A stretch of DNA of 64,000 nucleotides from Dysgonomonas sp. UBA5412 (GTDB taxonomy: Bacteria; Bacteroidota; Bacteroidia; Bacteroidales; Dysgonomonadaceae): positions 400,839-464,838 of the forward strand of contig DHNQ01000029.1 of assembly GCA_002409595.1 (NCBI GenBank), read 5' to 3'. Positions 1-9,000 of the stretch are shown here, piece after piece; the stretch's first letter is position 1; each line of letters opens with the position of its first letter. Under the pieces are notes generated by a model. That model saw only the letters and a list, made by a program, of their open reading frames with translations. It ran no database searches and was not told the origin of the DNA. A program made the translations under genes and the position numbers.

Positions 1-2
1 TT

Positions 3-491
3 GAACCCATCTATGTTATTGAAGTAGAACTACAAGAAAATGAGATTGATTTATATTTTAGTGCCGAAGGAATATTAATTAAAACTATTGTAGACAACGA
101 CAATAGCAACAATGATTACGAGAATCATCTTCCTGAAACAGCGACAACTGAGATTACCTCTTTTATTGAAGAGAGATATCCTCAATCAAGAATTGTAGAG
201 ATAGAAAGAGAAAAGAGTAAAATAGAGGTTGATATTATTCATAATAATCTAAGCAAAGAGGTGGTATTCAACAATGACAAACAGTGGTTATATACATCGT
301 GGGATGTTAGAGTTAGAGAACTACCTCAAGCCGTATCAAGCATATTGAATACTCCACAATATATAGGATATCATATTGATGATGCTGAATACATAGAAAC
401 CGCCCAAGGAGATTACTATCTATTAGAACTTGAAAAAGGAGACAGAGATGTAAAAGTAAAGGTTGACATCAATGGAAATATCCTTAACTAG
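3..491 (+). CDS. PepSY-like (BLIP-like) repeat protein, 5' partial
   Basis: Frame is open from the window start (EPIYVIEVELQENEIDLYFSAEG...) through ORF 261..491. Repeated units of the type 'LPQAV...Y..Y.I.D.E...YYLLELEKG...V.VD.NGNIL' are typical of the Bacteroidota PepSY-like family. Confidence 0.7.
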   Translation, partial: EPIYVIEVELQENEIDLYFSAEGILIKTIVDNDNSNNDYENHLPETATTEITSFIEERYPQSRIVEIEREKSKIEVDIIHNNLSKEVVFNNDKQWLYTSWDVRVRELPQAVSSILNTPQYIGYHIDDAEYIETAQGDYYLLELEKGDRDVKVKVDINGNILN

Positions 492-502
492 ACACCCATT
501 AG

Positions 503-565
503 ATAAATAGCAAATAGAAAAGCGACATACAAAGAGTGTATGTCGCTTTTCTATTTGTTATTTAT
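503..565. terminator. Long bidirectional hairpin terminator between the PepSY-like gene and tRNA-Arg
   Basis: ATAAATAGCAAATAGAAAAGCGACATAC (503-530) pairs with GTATGTCGCTTTTCTATTTGTTATTTAT (538-565): 28 bp with one G-U pair, between convergent genes. Confidence 0.8.
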
Positions 566-568
566 TTG

Positions 569-640
569 TGACTCTGGCGGGAATCGAACCCACATCGAAG
601 GAACCGGAATCCTTTATTTTATCCATTAAACTACAGAGCC
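569..640 (-). tRNA. tRNA-Arg(CCG)
   Basis: Reverse complement GGCTCTGTAGTTTAATGGATAAAATAAAGGATTCCGGTTCCTTCGATGTGGGTTCGATTCCCGCCAGAGTCA has acceptor stem GGCTCTG/CAGAGTC, anticodon arm AAGGA-TTCCGGT-TCCTT and T-loop GTTCGATTC. CCA is not encoded. A -7 element TACTTTTG lies at 651-658 (minus strand). Confidence 0.95.
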
Positions 641-708
641 GTAAGCGACACAAAAGTATAAAATTAATCTCAGCTTTTAAATAGCTTATTCAGAAAAAGA
701 ATACAGCA

Positions 709-2529
709 CTATCTTTTTCCCAAATCAAGATACATGTTCTGGAAAAATGCCTTTGATTTCTTTTCTAATGAAGAATCTCCTTTTTGACGAATAATACTCC
801 GCTTATCATTGTCATAAGTGACAATACCCGTAGTATCCATCATTGTAAATCCATTAACATATGAATAAAATGCAAATTTATGAGCGTCGGGATTTAGTAC
901 ATCCTTACTGAAGACAAATTTCGAATGATCAATTTTCAATTGAGAGAGAAGTGTTGCAGCCAAATCGTTTTGGGAAGCATAATCAGAAACAACTTTTGGA
1001 GACTTAACTGCTCCCCCTATCCACACCATCGGGATATGAAAACGGTGAGGATCATTATTATCTATTCCTTGCGGATAAGACTGCATAGCATGGTCGGCAA
1101 TAAATATAATCAAAGTATTTTTCCATAGATCAGTCTTTTTATACTGCTCTACAAAATGCCCCAAGCATTCATCAGTATAAGATACCGCATTCAGAAAAGG
1201 CACATCAAACTTTGTCACCGGCACATCAAAAGGTTCATGACTGCTAAGAGTCAATATTGTTTTTACAAAAGGTTCTTCGTGACTTTTGGTTGTCAGATCA
1301 CGAAGCACTCTATCCGTAAGAAACTTATCAGGTGCGCCCCATTTAGTCATTCGTTCATTCAAAGGGAAATCTTTATCAGAAACCACTTCTTTTATACCAC
1401 ATGCTCCTATAAAATAGGAACGCATATTAGCAAAGTCGGCATCCCCTCCGTAATAAAAAGCAAGATCCTTATAACCTGCATCCTTCAACGATCTGGGAAT
1501 AGTAGGAAGATTTTCTGTCTTTTGAGGATATTTCATTATTGCCACAGTAGGATGAGCTGGATAACCACTCAATACAGACACCAAACCTCTGTCGGTTCGG
1601 AAACTATTGGCATAAAAATGATCAAACAAAATGCCCTCTTTTGCAAAACGGCTCATGTTGGGAGCGATAACAGAATCTAAAGCTACATCAGCAGAAAAAC
1701 TTTCCAAGACAAACAAAAGAATATTTGGACGATCGGTGTTCAACAATTGAGGGATACTGTCATTTTGAGGTTGATTATTCAATTCCTTAAATATAGAGAC
1801 AGCCTCTTCTTCAGGATAGAATTGATACTGAGAAGCAAAATCATCCGACTTAAAGAAAGAATACATCAAATTAAATTCGGGATTAATCGCAGCATGATTC
1901 AAAAACATCCGATCAGTAAAATAAGCCTGCCCTACATTCATTGTAGAAACTGTCACCCCTCCTCTAATTGGTAAAAACAACGCTCCTGTAAGCAAGAATA
2001 AGACCACAGCAGTTTTCCATATCGATTTGGGCACACGAAGAACCTGCAACTGTTTACCTATAAACAAGGCATATCCCCAATATGTAATCAAAACAAAAAT
2101 GATTGTAGCAACAAAACCGAATAAGACTTGCCACCATGACACACTGGCAAAAACCTCTTTAGGATTTTGCAAATAAAGGAAAACAGTAGAATCGAAATGA
2201 AACCCCCAATAAGGGTAAACGATTATGTCTATAACAGTAATAATAACTATCAAGGATAGAAATACAGCAAAATAGGCATTAAATATTTTAGTTGTAATAG
2301 ACGGCTTTATCCAAACAGAAGCAAGAAGAAGAAATCCGGGAAGAGCAGTCAAATAACCACTCATCGACAAATCTAAAGGAAGCCCGTGATATAAAATACT
2401 CACAACATCCGAAGCAGTAACATCCCCTCCCACAGCTGTATTCATCAACGTAAAAAAGATTTTACCAACAAGGAATATAAATATAAAGTATAAAAATACA
2501 GATACGAAAATAAAAACTCTTTGCTTCAT
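709..2529 (-). CDS. LTA synthase family / sulfatase-like membrane protein
   Basis: Five N-terminal TM helices, then 'RPNILLFVLESFS' and 'NSFRTDRGL' (catalytic Thr) and 'FIADH' alkaline-phosphatase-superfamily motifs. Confidence 0.85.
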   Translation of the reverse strand: MKQRVFIFVSVFLYFIFIFLVGKIFFTLMNTAVGGDVTASDVVSILYHGLPLDLSMSGYLTALPGFLLLASVWIKPSITTKIFNAYFAVFLSLIVIITVIDIIVYPYWGFHFDSTVFLYLQNPKEVFASVSWWQVLFGFVATIIFVLITYWGYALFIGKQLQVLRVPKSIWKTAVVLFLLTGALFLPIRGGVTVSTMNVGQAYFTDRMFLNHAAINPEFNLMYSFFKSDDFASQYQFYPEEEAVSIFKELNNQPQNDSIPQLLNTDRPNILLFVLESFSADVALDSVIAPNMSRFAKEGILFDHFYANSFRTDRGLVSVLSGYPAHPTVAIMKYPQKTENLPTIPRSLKDAGYKDLAFYYGGDADFANMRSYFIGACGIKEVVSDKDFPLNERMTKWGAPDKFLTDRVLRDLTTKSHEEPFVKTILTLSSHEPFDVPVTKFDVPFLNAVSYTDECLGHFVEQYKKTDLWKNTLIIFIADHAMQSYPQGIDNNDPHRFHIPMVWIGGAVKSPKVVSDYASQNDLAATLLSQLKIDHSKFVFSKDVLNPDAHKFAFYSYVNGFTMMDTTGIVTYDNDKRSIIRQKGDSSLEKKSKAFFQNMYLDLGKR

Positions 2530-2785
2530 TGTACTTAAGGAATTAATAGTAAATAGAGAATTGCACTAACTTACATTTTAACTAAAAAGTGACAAAGTTG
2601 TACACTTTTCTGCTATTTTTCAACATCTCTAACATCATTAACAAAAGACAACCTTCTGTTACAATACTACGATACAACAAAGATAAAGCTTATCACAAAA
2701 AACAAAGTCCATTTTATGGAATTTTACAACTACGAGTCTCTATTTAGTAAACAAATGAGAAGTCGAACAATTAAATCTGAATATT

Positions 2786-3421
2786 ATGGCTAACATTGAT
2801 ATGAACAAAGGAGGAAGAAACAAAAAGAACAAACCTCAAAAAAGAATTCTTAGAGTAGACTTTACCCCGATGGTAGATATGAATATGCTACTCATTACAT
2901 TCTTTATGTTTTGCACAACACTCAGCATTCCGCAAGCAATGGATATAGCCATGCCTGCACAAGGAGGAAATCAGCCTATCCCCGAATCTAAATCGGTTAC
3001 TGTTATCTTAGGAGAACAAGACAAAGTGTATTATTATGCGGGACTAGCCGATTATCAGAATTACGCCTCACTCAAAGAAACTGATTATATAGGCTTGCGA
3101 AATTTTCTTTTGGAAAGAAATGATAGGGTAGCATCCGAAATAAAAGATCTGAAACAAAAATATCATCGAAAGGAGATCAACGATGAAGAATTCAGATCGA
3201 AAGTTACAGAAACCAAAAGATCTAAAGAAGGACTAAATGTAGTAATAAAAGCAACTAAAGATTCGAATTACAAAAATCTTGTAGACGCATTGGATGAAAT
3301 GCAAATTTGTGCAGTAGATAAATATACTATTGTAGACATGGAAGATGGCGACAATTTTCTTTTAGAAAATCTGAAAACAAAAGGAGGATTAACTGCAATG
3401 AGTCAAAAAGCACAAAACTAA
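2786..3421 (+). CDS. exbD: ExbD/TolR family biopolymer transport protein
   Basis: 'RVDFTPMVDMNMLLITFFMFCTTL' TM segment with the conserved Asp; C-terminal 'VVIKATKDSNYKNLVDALDEM'. Confidence 0.9.
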   Translation: MANIDMNKGGRNKKNKPQKRILRVDFTPMVDMNMLLITFFMFCTTLSIPQAMDIAMPAQGGNQPIPESKSVTVILGEQDKVYYYAGLADYQNYASLKETDYIGLRNFLLERNDRVASEIKDLKQKYHRKEINDEEFRSKVTETKRSKEGLNVVIKATKDSNYKNLVDALDEMQICAVDKYTIVDMEDGDNFLLENLKTKGGLTAMSQKAQN

Positions 3422-3464
3422 AAAATAAACAAACTCCTCCGGTATTAGTAAATAATCATTTCAT

Positions 3465-3502
3465 AAGCAGGAGCTTTTCACTTAATAGGAAAGCTCCTGC
3501 TT
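3465..3502 (+). terminator. Intrinsic terminator after exbD
   Basis: AAGCAGGAGCTTT / AAAGCTCCTGCTT, 13-bp stem. Confidence 0.7.
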
Positions 3503-3574
3503 TCATATATAGTTTGACTAAAAAAGATAACGAAACACACATTTTTGCTAAAATAGAAAATTACACACCCATTC

Positions 3575-3607
3575 TTTGCAAAAAAAAGAAAATAATACCT
3601 ACCTTTG
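3575..3607 (+). promoter_or_regulatory. Bacteroidota sigma-A promoter upstream of the 686-aa secreted protein gene
   Basis: TTTG (3575-3578), 21-nt spacer, TACCTTTG (3600-3607); matches the TTTG-N19-21-TAnnTTTG consensus. Confidence 0.6.
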
Positions 3608-3877
3608 TCTCTCAAAATAAGGCAAATAAAAAAAGTTGCAGACTTACAAAAAAAATACAATCTTACGGAAGAGAAAATATTATTGACAACAAACTCAAAA
3701 CAAAAGTAATAGATAAGCTCTATTTTTCAGATAACAAACAAAGAATTACATAAATTTCCAACTCACGATTATTTCGAAAAAAAGACATATTACTTAGAGT
3801 TCCCAGACTTTATAAAAATTTATATCTCATATTAATCACATTCATAATAATGAAAATTTAGCATCAAAATCGTTAAA

Positions 3878-5938
3878 ATGAAAAGAACAAAAGTCAAATC
3901 AAAACTACGTATTCAGCAAATATTCACAATTTCATTTTTGCTGTTTATTTCATTAAACCTGATTTCCATACCTACGTATGCTCAGGTGACTATAGGATCA
4001 AATCTGGAGCCGGAAAAGGCAGCAGTATTAGATATCAAAGAAAAAGCAGATAAAGACGGAGGACCAACAGTCGAAAAAGGGGGACTGATCTTACCGCGCG
4101 TCAATTTGGAAAAGAAAAAACAACTTTATCCATTTATTCGTGAAAAAGGGTATAGTGCTTCTAACTATGACAACGCAAGTTACGACCCTAATGTGGCAGA
4201 CCCCGATTATGCAAAAGAGAAACCGGCTCACAAAGGTCTAATTGTATATAATCTGACTGAAAACGAAGAAGAAGAATTATGTCTGGGCTTGAATCAATGG
4301 GATGGTGAAGAATGGAATTGCTTTGAAGAAAAAATGGGAAATGCAATTGCCCATATAGTTAATTGCGACGACTTCAAAGTATTCGGATTATACAAATCAC
4401 CGGACAAATACCCCGATACACCAAGTGACGATGTTTCTTTAGACGCATCTAACTATGTAACAATAAAACTAAAGGTGACTAAGCCCGGAGCATACACAAT
4501 TACAGTTACTCCCAAATATGCAGCCGCACAAAATGATGAAACCAATGGTTATTTCTTCACAGCCAATGGAGTTTTCATGGAGAAAGGTGTGTACAACGTA
4601 ATATTACAGGGAAGTGGAACTCCTTTTTGGTATACCCCTAAGGGAAACATTGGCGATGAAGTGACTGTGGTAATGAATGATAAACCCTTAACCCTCGAAA
4701 ATGGCACAATCTGTGTAAAGGATGTACAAGTAGCTGACTATTCAAAAAAACCGAACTTTGAAATGGACTGCGGAAGAACTACTGTACATGGAGTTTATCA
4801 ACAAAACAAAGAATTAGATCCGACAAGCAATTATATTTCTGTATGGATAACAATGAATCCCAGTGACTCTTTTGTAGAGGGCTCAACAGTCTATCTGGAA
4901 ACAGATGTAGTGGATGGAATTAGCTTTGCGTCTGTACCAACATTAATTACAGCCGCAGATAAAGCTGCTGGAGAAAAGGAAATAATACTCAGAGGAAAAG
5001 GAAAACCTACGACAACAGATACTAAGAAAATGACAATTACATCCAATAGCTCCACAAGCGTAGCTACATGTTATGCTAATGTATCTGTGGCTTTCACTGT
5101 AAAAAAAACATATGGATGGGGATATTATGAAAATACAGCAGGATATTTAATGCAATCAGGTTCAGGAATTGGAAAGATTGCAGATGCAAATGTAAATTTT
5201 GGAACGGAAGACAATAGTACTGTGAAGGTTGTAAAATATAGTCCTACTCAAACCTTTAATCACGCTACACTATCCGGAGGAAGTGCATACAGCCCATCAA
5301 ACATTAAAGCAATGTTTGACCAAAATCCAGAAATTACATTAACCGGTTTTGACTTGGCAATTGCAGATGCATCTAATAGATCTCAGGTTGTAAACTATAT
5401 GGTTGATTATCTAAACAAAAGCGGAATACTCATATTCGTTTGTGAAAGAGACTATATGGCAAAATCATTCTTTGAAGCTTTATACCCTGGACTCACAGTA
5501 AAAGCGAGTGGTCTAATTTCGACAATTAGATTGCAATTTGGCTTTTTTAACGACGAAATACTAAATGGACCGTTTGGTGACATCAGAGGGAAGTTCTATG
5601 GGAATGATGCTGGGGGGACTATAAGTATATCCGGCTTACCTGAACAAGATATCATAGTATATGCAAGAGATTCAAACGGTAATCCAACAATGTTCCAGCA
5701 TAAGTTTTATAACTTAATATTCCTCGGAGACGGTGGTATATTTGCAAATTATAATGGCCAATCAGGATCTACCACCGGTACTGCTACAACCTATCCAGTT
5801 ACTATTGATAGTAATTCCAGACCAATCACTAAAACAAGTTGGTCCGGGGGAGATGTCGAAAATGCTCGATTGTTTGCTAATATTATGGCTTGGGCTGTAA
5901 AAACAGCACAAACTAAGGGGATATATGCTCCAAAATAA
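3878..5938 (+). CDS. Secreted QVTIG/LPRV-type protein with two internal beta-rich repeats (putative surface/adhesin-like), function unknown
   Basis: Signal peptide ending TYA|Q; N-terminal 'QVTIGS...AVLDIK...GGLILPRVNL...GLIVYN...WDG..W' block; two related repeats; C-terminal alpha/beta domain ('NLIFLGDGG', 'ENARLFANIMAWAV'). Confidence 0.65.
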   Translation: MKRTKVKSKLRIQQIFTISFLLFISLNLISIPTYAQVTIGSNLEPEKAAVLDIKEKADKDGGPTVEKGGLILPRVNLEKKKQLYPFIREKGYSASNYDNASYDPNVADPDYAKEKPAHKGLIVYNLTENEEEELCLGLNQWDGEEWNCFEEKMGNAIAHIVNCDDFKVFGLYKSPDKYPDTPSDDVSLDASNYVTIKLKVTKPGAYTITVTPKYAAAQNDETNGYFFTANGVFMEKGVYNVILQGSGTPFWYTPKGNIGDEVTVVMNDKPLTLENGTICVKDVQVADYSKKPNFEMDCGRTTVHGVYQQNKELDPTSNYISVWITMNPSDSFVEGSTVYLETDVVDGISFASVPTLITAADKAAGEKEIILRGKGKPTTTDTKKMTITSNSSTSVATCYANVSVAFTVKKTYGWGYYENTAGYLMQSGSGIGKIADANVNFGTEDNSTVKVVKYSPTQTFNHATLSGGSAYSPSNIKAMFDQNPEITLTGFDLAIADASNRSQVVNYMVDYLNKSGILIFVCERDYMAKSFFEALYPGLTVKASGLISTIRLQFGFFNDEILNGPFGDIRGKFYGNDAGGTISISGLPEQDIIVYARDSNGNPTMFQHKFYNLIFLGDGGIFANYNGQSGSTTGTATTYPVTIDSNSRPITKTSWSGGDVENARLFANIMAWAVKTAQTKGIYAPK

Positions 5939-5988
5939 AGACATTCGATAGTGAATATATATTTACTGATAGCTACTAAGTAAGAAGA

Positions 5989-6019
5989 ACGCGAGGAAAA
6001 TCATAAGATTTCCTCGCGT
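5989..6019. terminator. Bidirectional terminator between convergent genes
   Basis: ACGCGAGGAAA / TTTCCTCGCGT, 11-bp stem followed by a T-rich tail. Confidence 0.75.
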
Positions 6020-6049
6020 ATATTTTTGTTGGCTCTCCCAAAGAGAATC

Positions 6050-9000
6050 TTATATCATAAAGTGCAATCTATTTTGCAGATTCACTTCGGCGATACCGCC
6101 ATCTATATCCAAATATAATATATTCATGTTAGGATATATTTCTTTTATACGCTTCTCAACTCCCTTTGCTACTATGTGGTTAGCTATACAGCCAAAAGGT
6201 TGGAGACAAACCACTTTGTTTACTCCTTTACGTGCATAATGAGCTATCTCACCGGGAATCAGCCAGCCTTCTCCAAACTGATTAGAAAGATTCAATACCT
6301 CTGAAGCAGACTCCGCCTTAGCATAAATAGACTCCGAAGGTTCGTAAAATTTAAATGCACTCAATATTTTTTCTGACTTTTTCACCTTACCATTAATATA
6401 CCACCAAATAAGCGGCTTCAATGTTTTAGAAAAAATACTTTCCTCCTCAAGCCCGTTTGCTACATTTACTTTACTGTTTACAAAAAACTGCATCAGAAAG
6501 TCGAGTAATGGAGGAGTGGATACCTCCACATTCTTGGAGCGCAACCATTCCGATATATTAGCCTGAGCATAGTTATTATACTTAACAAATATCTCGCCGA
6601 TAAGCCCGACTTTAGAATATTCCTTGTCATGGATAGGTATATTATTAAAATCGTCAACAGCCTCTTTCAGCAGACGAAACAACACTTTCGGATTGTTAGC
6701 TCTCACAGCATCTATCCCTCGTTCGATATAGAAATCGAAGATAGCCTGCGAAGCTCCCTCTTTTCGTTCTCTGACAGATATAGAACCATGCATCTGTTGC
6801 AAGCCATCGCCATACAACACTAATGGAATCGCTATTTTTGCCACTTTTTTCCAATCCATAGCAAAATCACTTTCACCATTCTGATATGTTTCTCCCGAAC
6901 TGAGCGCAATGACCGGTATATCGTTAAAGCCGGCATTCAGCAGTCCGTTTTTGATTTGCGCTATATAATTTGTAGCCCGGCACTGTCCTCCCGTTTGAGT
7001 GATAGCCAGCACAATATCTTTAACATCATATTGCCCCGATTGCAATGTATTTATTATATCGCCCAACACGAGAGTAGAAGGATAGCAAACTTCATTATTA
7101 CCATACATCAAGCCCAAGTCAGCAGATACCTTATTCGATTTTGGCAGATTAGCAACCTTTAGCCCCATCAATTCACCCAAAGCGGGTGCAAAAGGAGACA
7201 AGAAGTCGCATAACCAAGGAATAAGAATCGTCTTATTATGATCTTTTTCTTTCTTGTAAGGAACCGAATATCCTTGATATTGTTTGGCAGACACCACATC
7301 GAGCGATTTAACAGCTTTCAACGATTCTACTAAAGAACGCAGGCGCAGACGTATAGATCCCGGACTCGCAATCTCGTCAATACGCAGTACGGTTATATTC
7401 TTACCCACAGCCTTCAAAATATCGCGCGTTTCGTCCATAAAGAATGAATCGGGACCACAACCGAATGAATTTAACTGAATCAACTGAATATTCTGAGGCA
7501 GTTTAGCTGCCTCCATTGCTGCCTGAACTACACGATTGGGATACGACCATTGCGATATAATATTCAGCTTACTGAATCCTGCACTTTCAGGTTTACGGAA
7601 AACATCGTCGGTAAGAACTGTCACCCCAAGATCGGATAAAATTTGTCCTACCTTTTGATGAATAAGAGGATCGGCATGATATGGGCGTCCGGCTACGACA
7701 AAGGTAAGCTCTCCACTCTCGACAGCCTTATCCAGCAGTTCTTTCTGATAGTCATGCAATTCTTTTTTAAGTCCGCCTCTTACGGCTAACGCTTTCTGAA
7801 ATGCAGCTTCGAAACGGTCTTTAGATACGCCCAATCCCGACAGATATGTAAAACAGCCATTGCGCAAAGCCTTATCGCTGCTAAAAGTAATTACAGGTTC
7901 GTCATAGGCTATACCATGTCTGTTTGCCGGATCTATCGAACTTTGGATTACATCGGGATAACCGCTGACAACAGGGCAGTTGAAAGAATTGGACGCTTGC
8001 CCGAATTCTTTTTCTTCTTTCGGCACTATCGGATAGAATATTCTATCGACCTTAGCTTCTATCAAGGACAAAATGTGTCCATGAACCAACTTGGCAGGGA
8101 AACAGATATTATCCGACATAACCCCTCCTACTCCTTTTTGATAAAGAGAGAATGTAGATTCGGGTGACAGACGAACATTAAACCCACATTCGGTAAATAG
8201 TGTATGCCAAAAAGGATAGTTGTCGAACATATTCAATACACGAGGAATACCGATCGTACGCCCACGTTCTATATTATCTGCATTTACCGGATGGTTGAAT
8301 AATATTTTATTTTTACGATCAAAGGCATTATAGCCTTCTTTACGGTCGTTATTTTTGTTATAAAAAACCTTTTCGCACTTATTACCGGCGTAACTGATAT
8401 TGCCATTATTGAATTTAAATCTAAGTACCGAACAAAGATTTGTACAGCCTTTACATGTCAACTCCTTAGAGTCGATAGAACTAAGATCGAACAATGCCTG
8501 CTCACCTGAGAAAGAGGTTTCTTTTTTAGTTTTTTGCCATAGACGTTGCGCATATAAAGCAGCACCTAAAGCTCCCATCAACTCAGGATGGTCGGTGGAA
8601 CTGACTGTCTTACCCGATAGCATCTCCAATGCTCGATATACTGCATCGTTACGGAATGTACCTCCTTGCACGACAATATGATTTCCAAGCATATTCAGAT
8701 TAGAAATCTTTAGCACTTTGAACAAACAGTTCTTAACTACCGAGTATGCCAATCCGGCAGCAATATCATCATTACCTGCATTTTCTCTTAGCGACTGTTT
8801 TACTTTCGAGTTCATAAATACGGTACAACGTGAACCCAGATCGCTCGGATATTTTGCAAGGCAAGCTGCACGTGCAAAATCGGACAACTCCATGTTCATT
8901 GTAGAAGCAAAATTCTGAAGGAAAGAGCCGCATCCGGCAGAGCAGGCCTCGTTAAGTTCTATATTAGATATAAGTCCGTTGTTTATAAAAATAGACTTAA

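Noticed and set aside
3514-3753. 79-aa Lys-rich ORF in the exbD / secreted-protein spacer
   Set aside because: TTG start, composition explained by A-tracts, and it spans a promoter; no evidence of coding.
5100-5108. A8 run inside the 686-aa gene as a phase-variation tract
   Set aside because: Runs of this length occur in several core genes here and the frame is intact.
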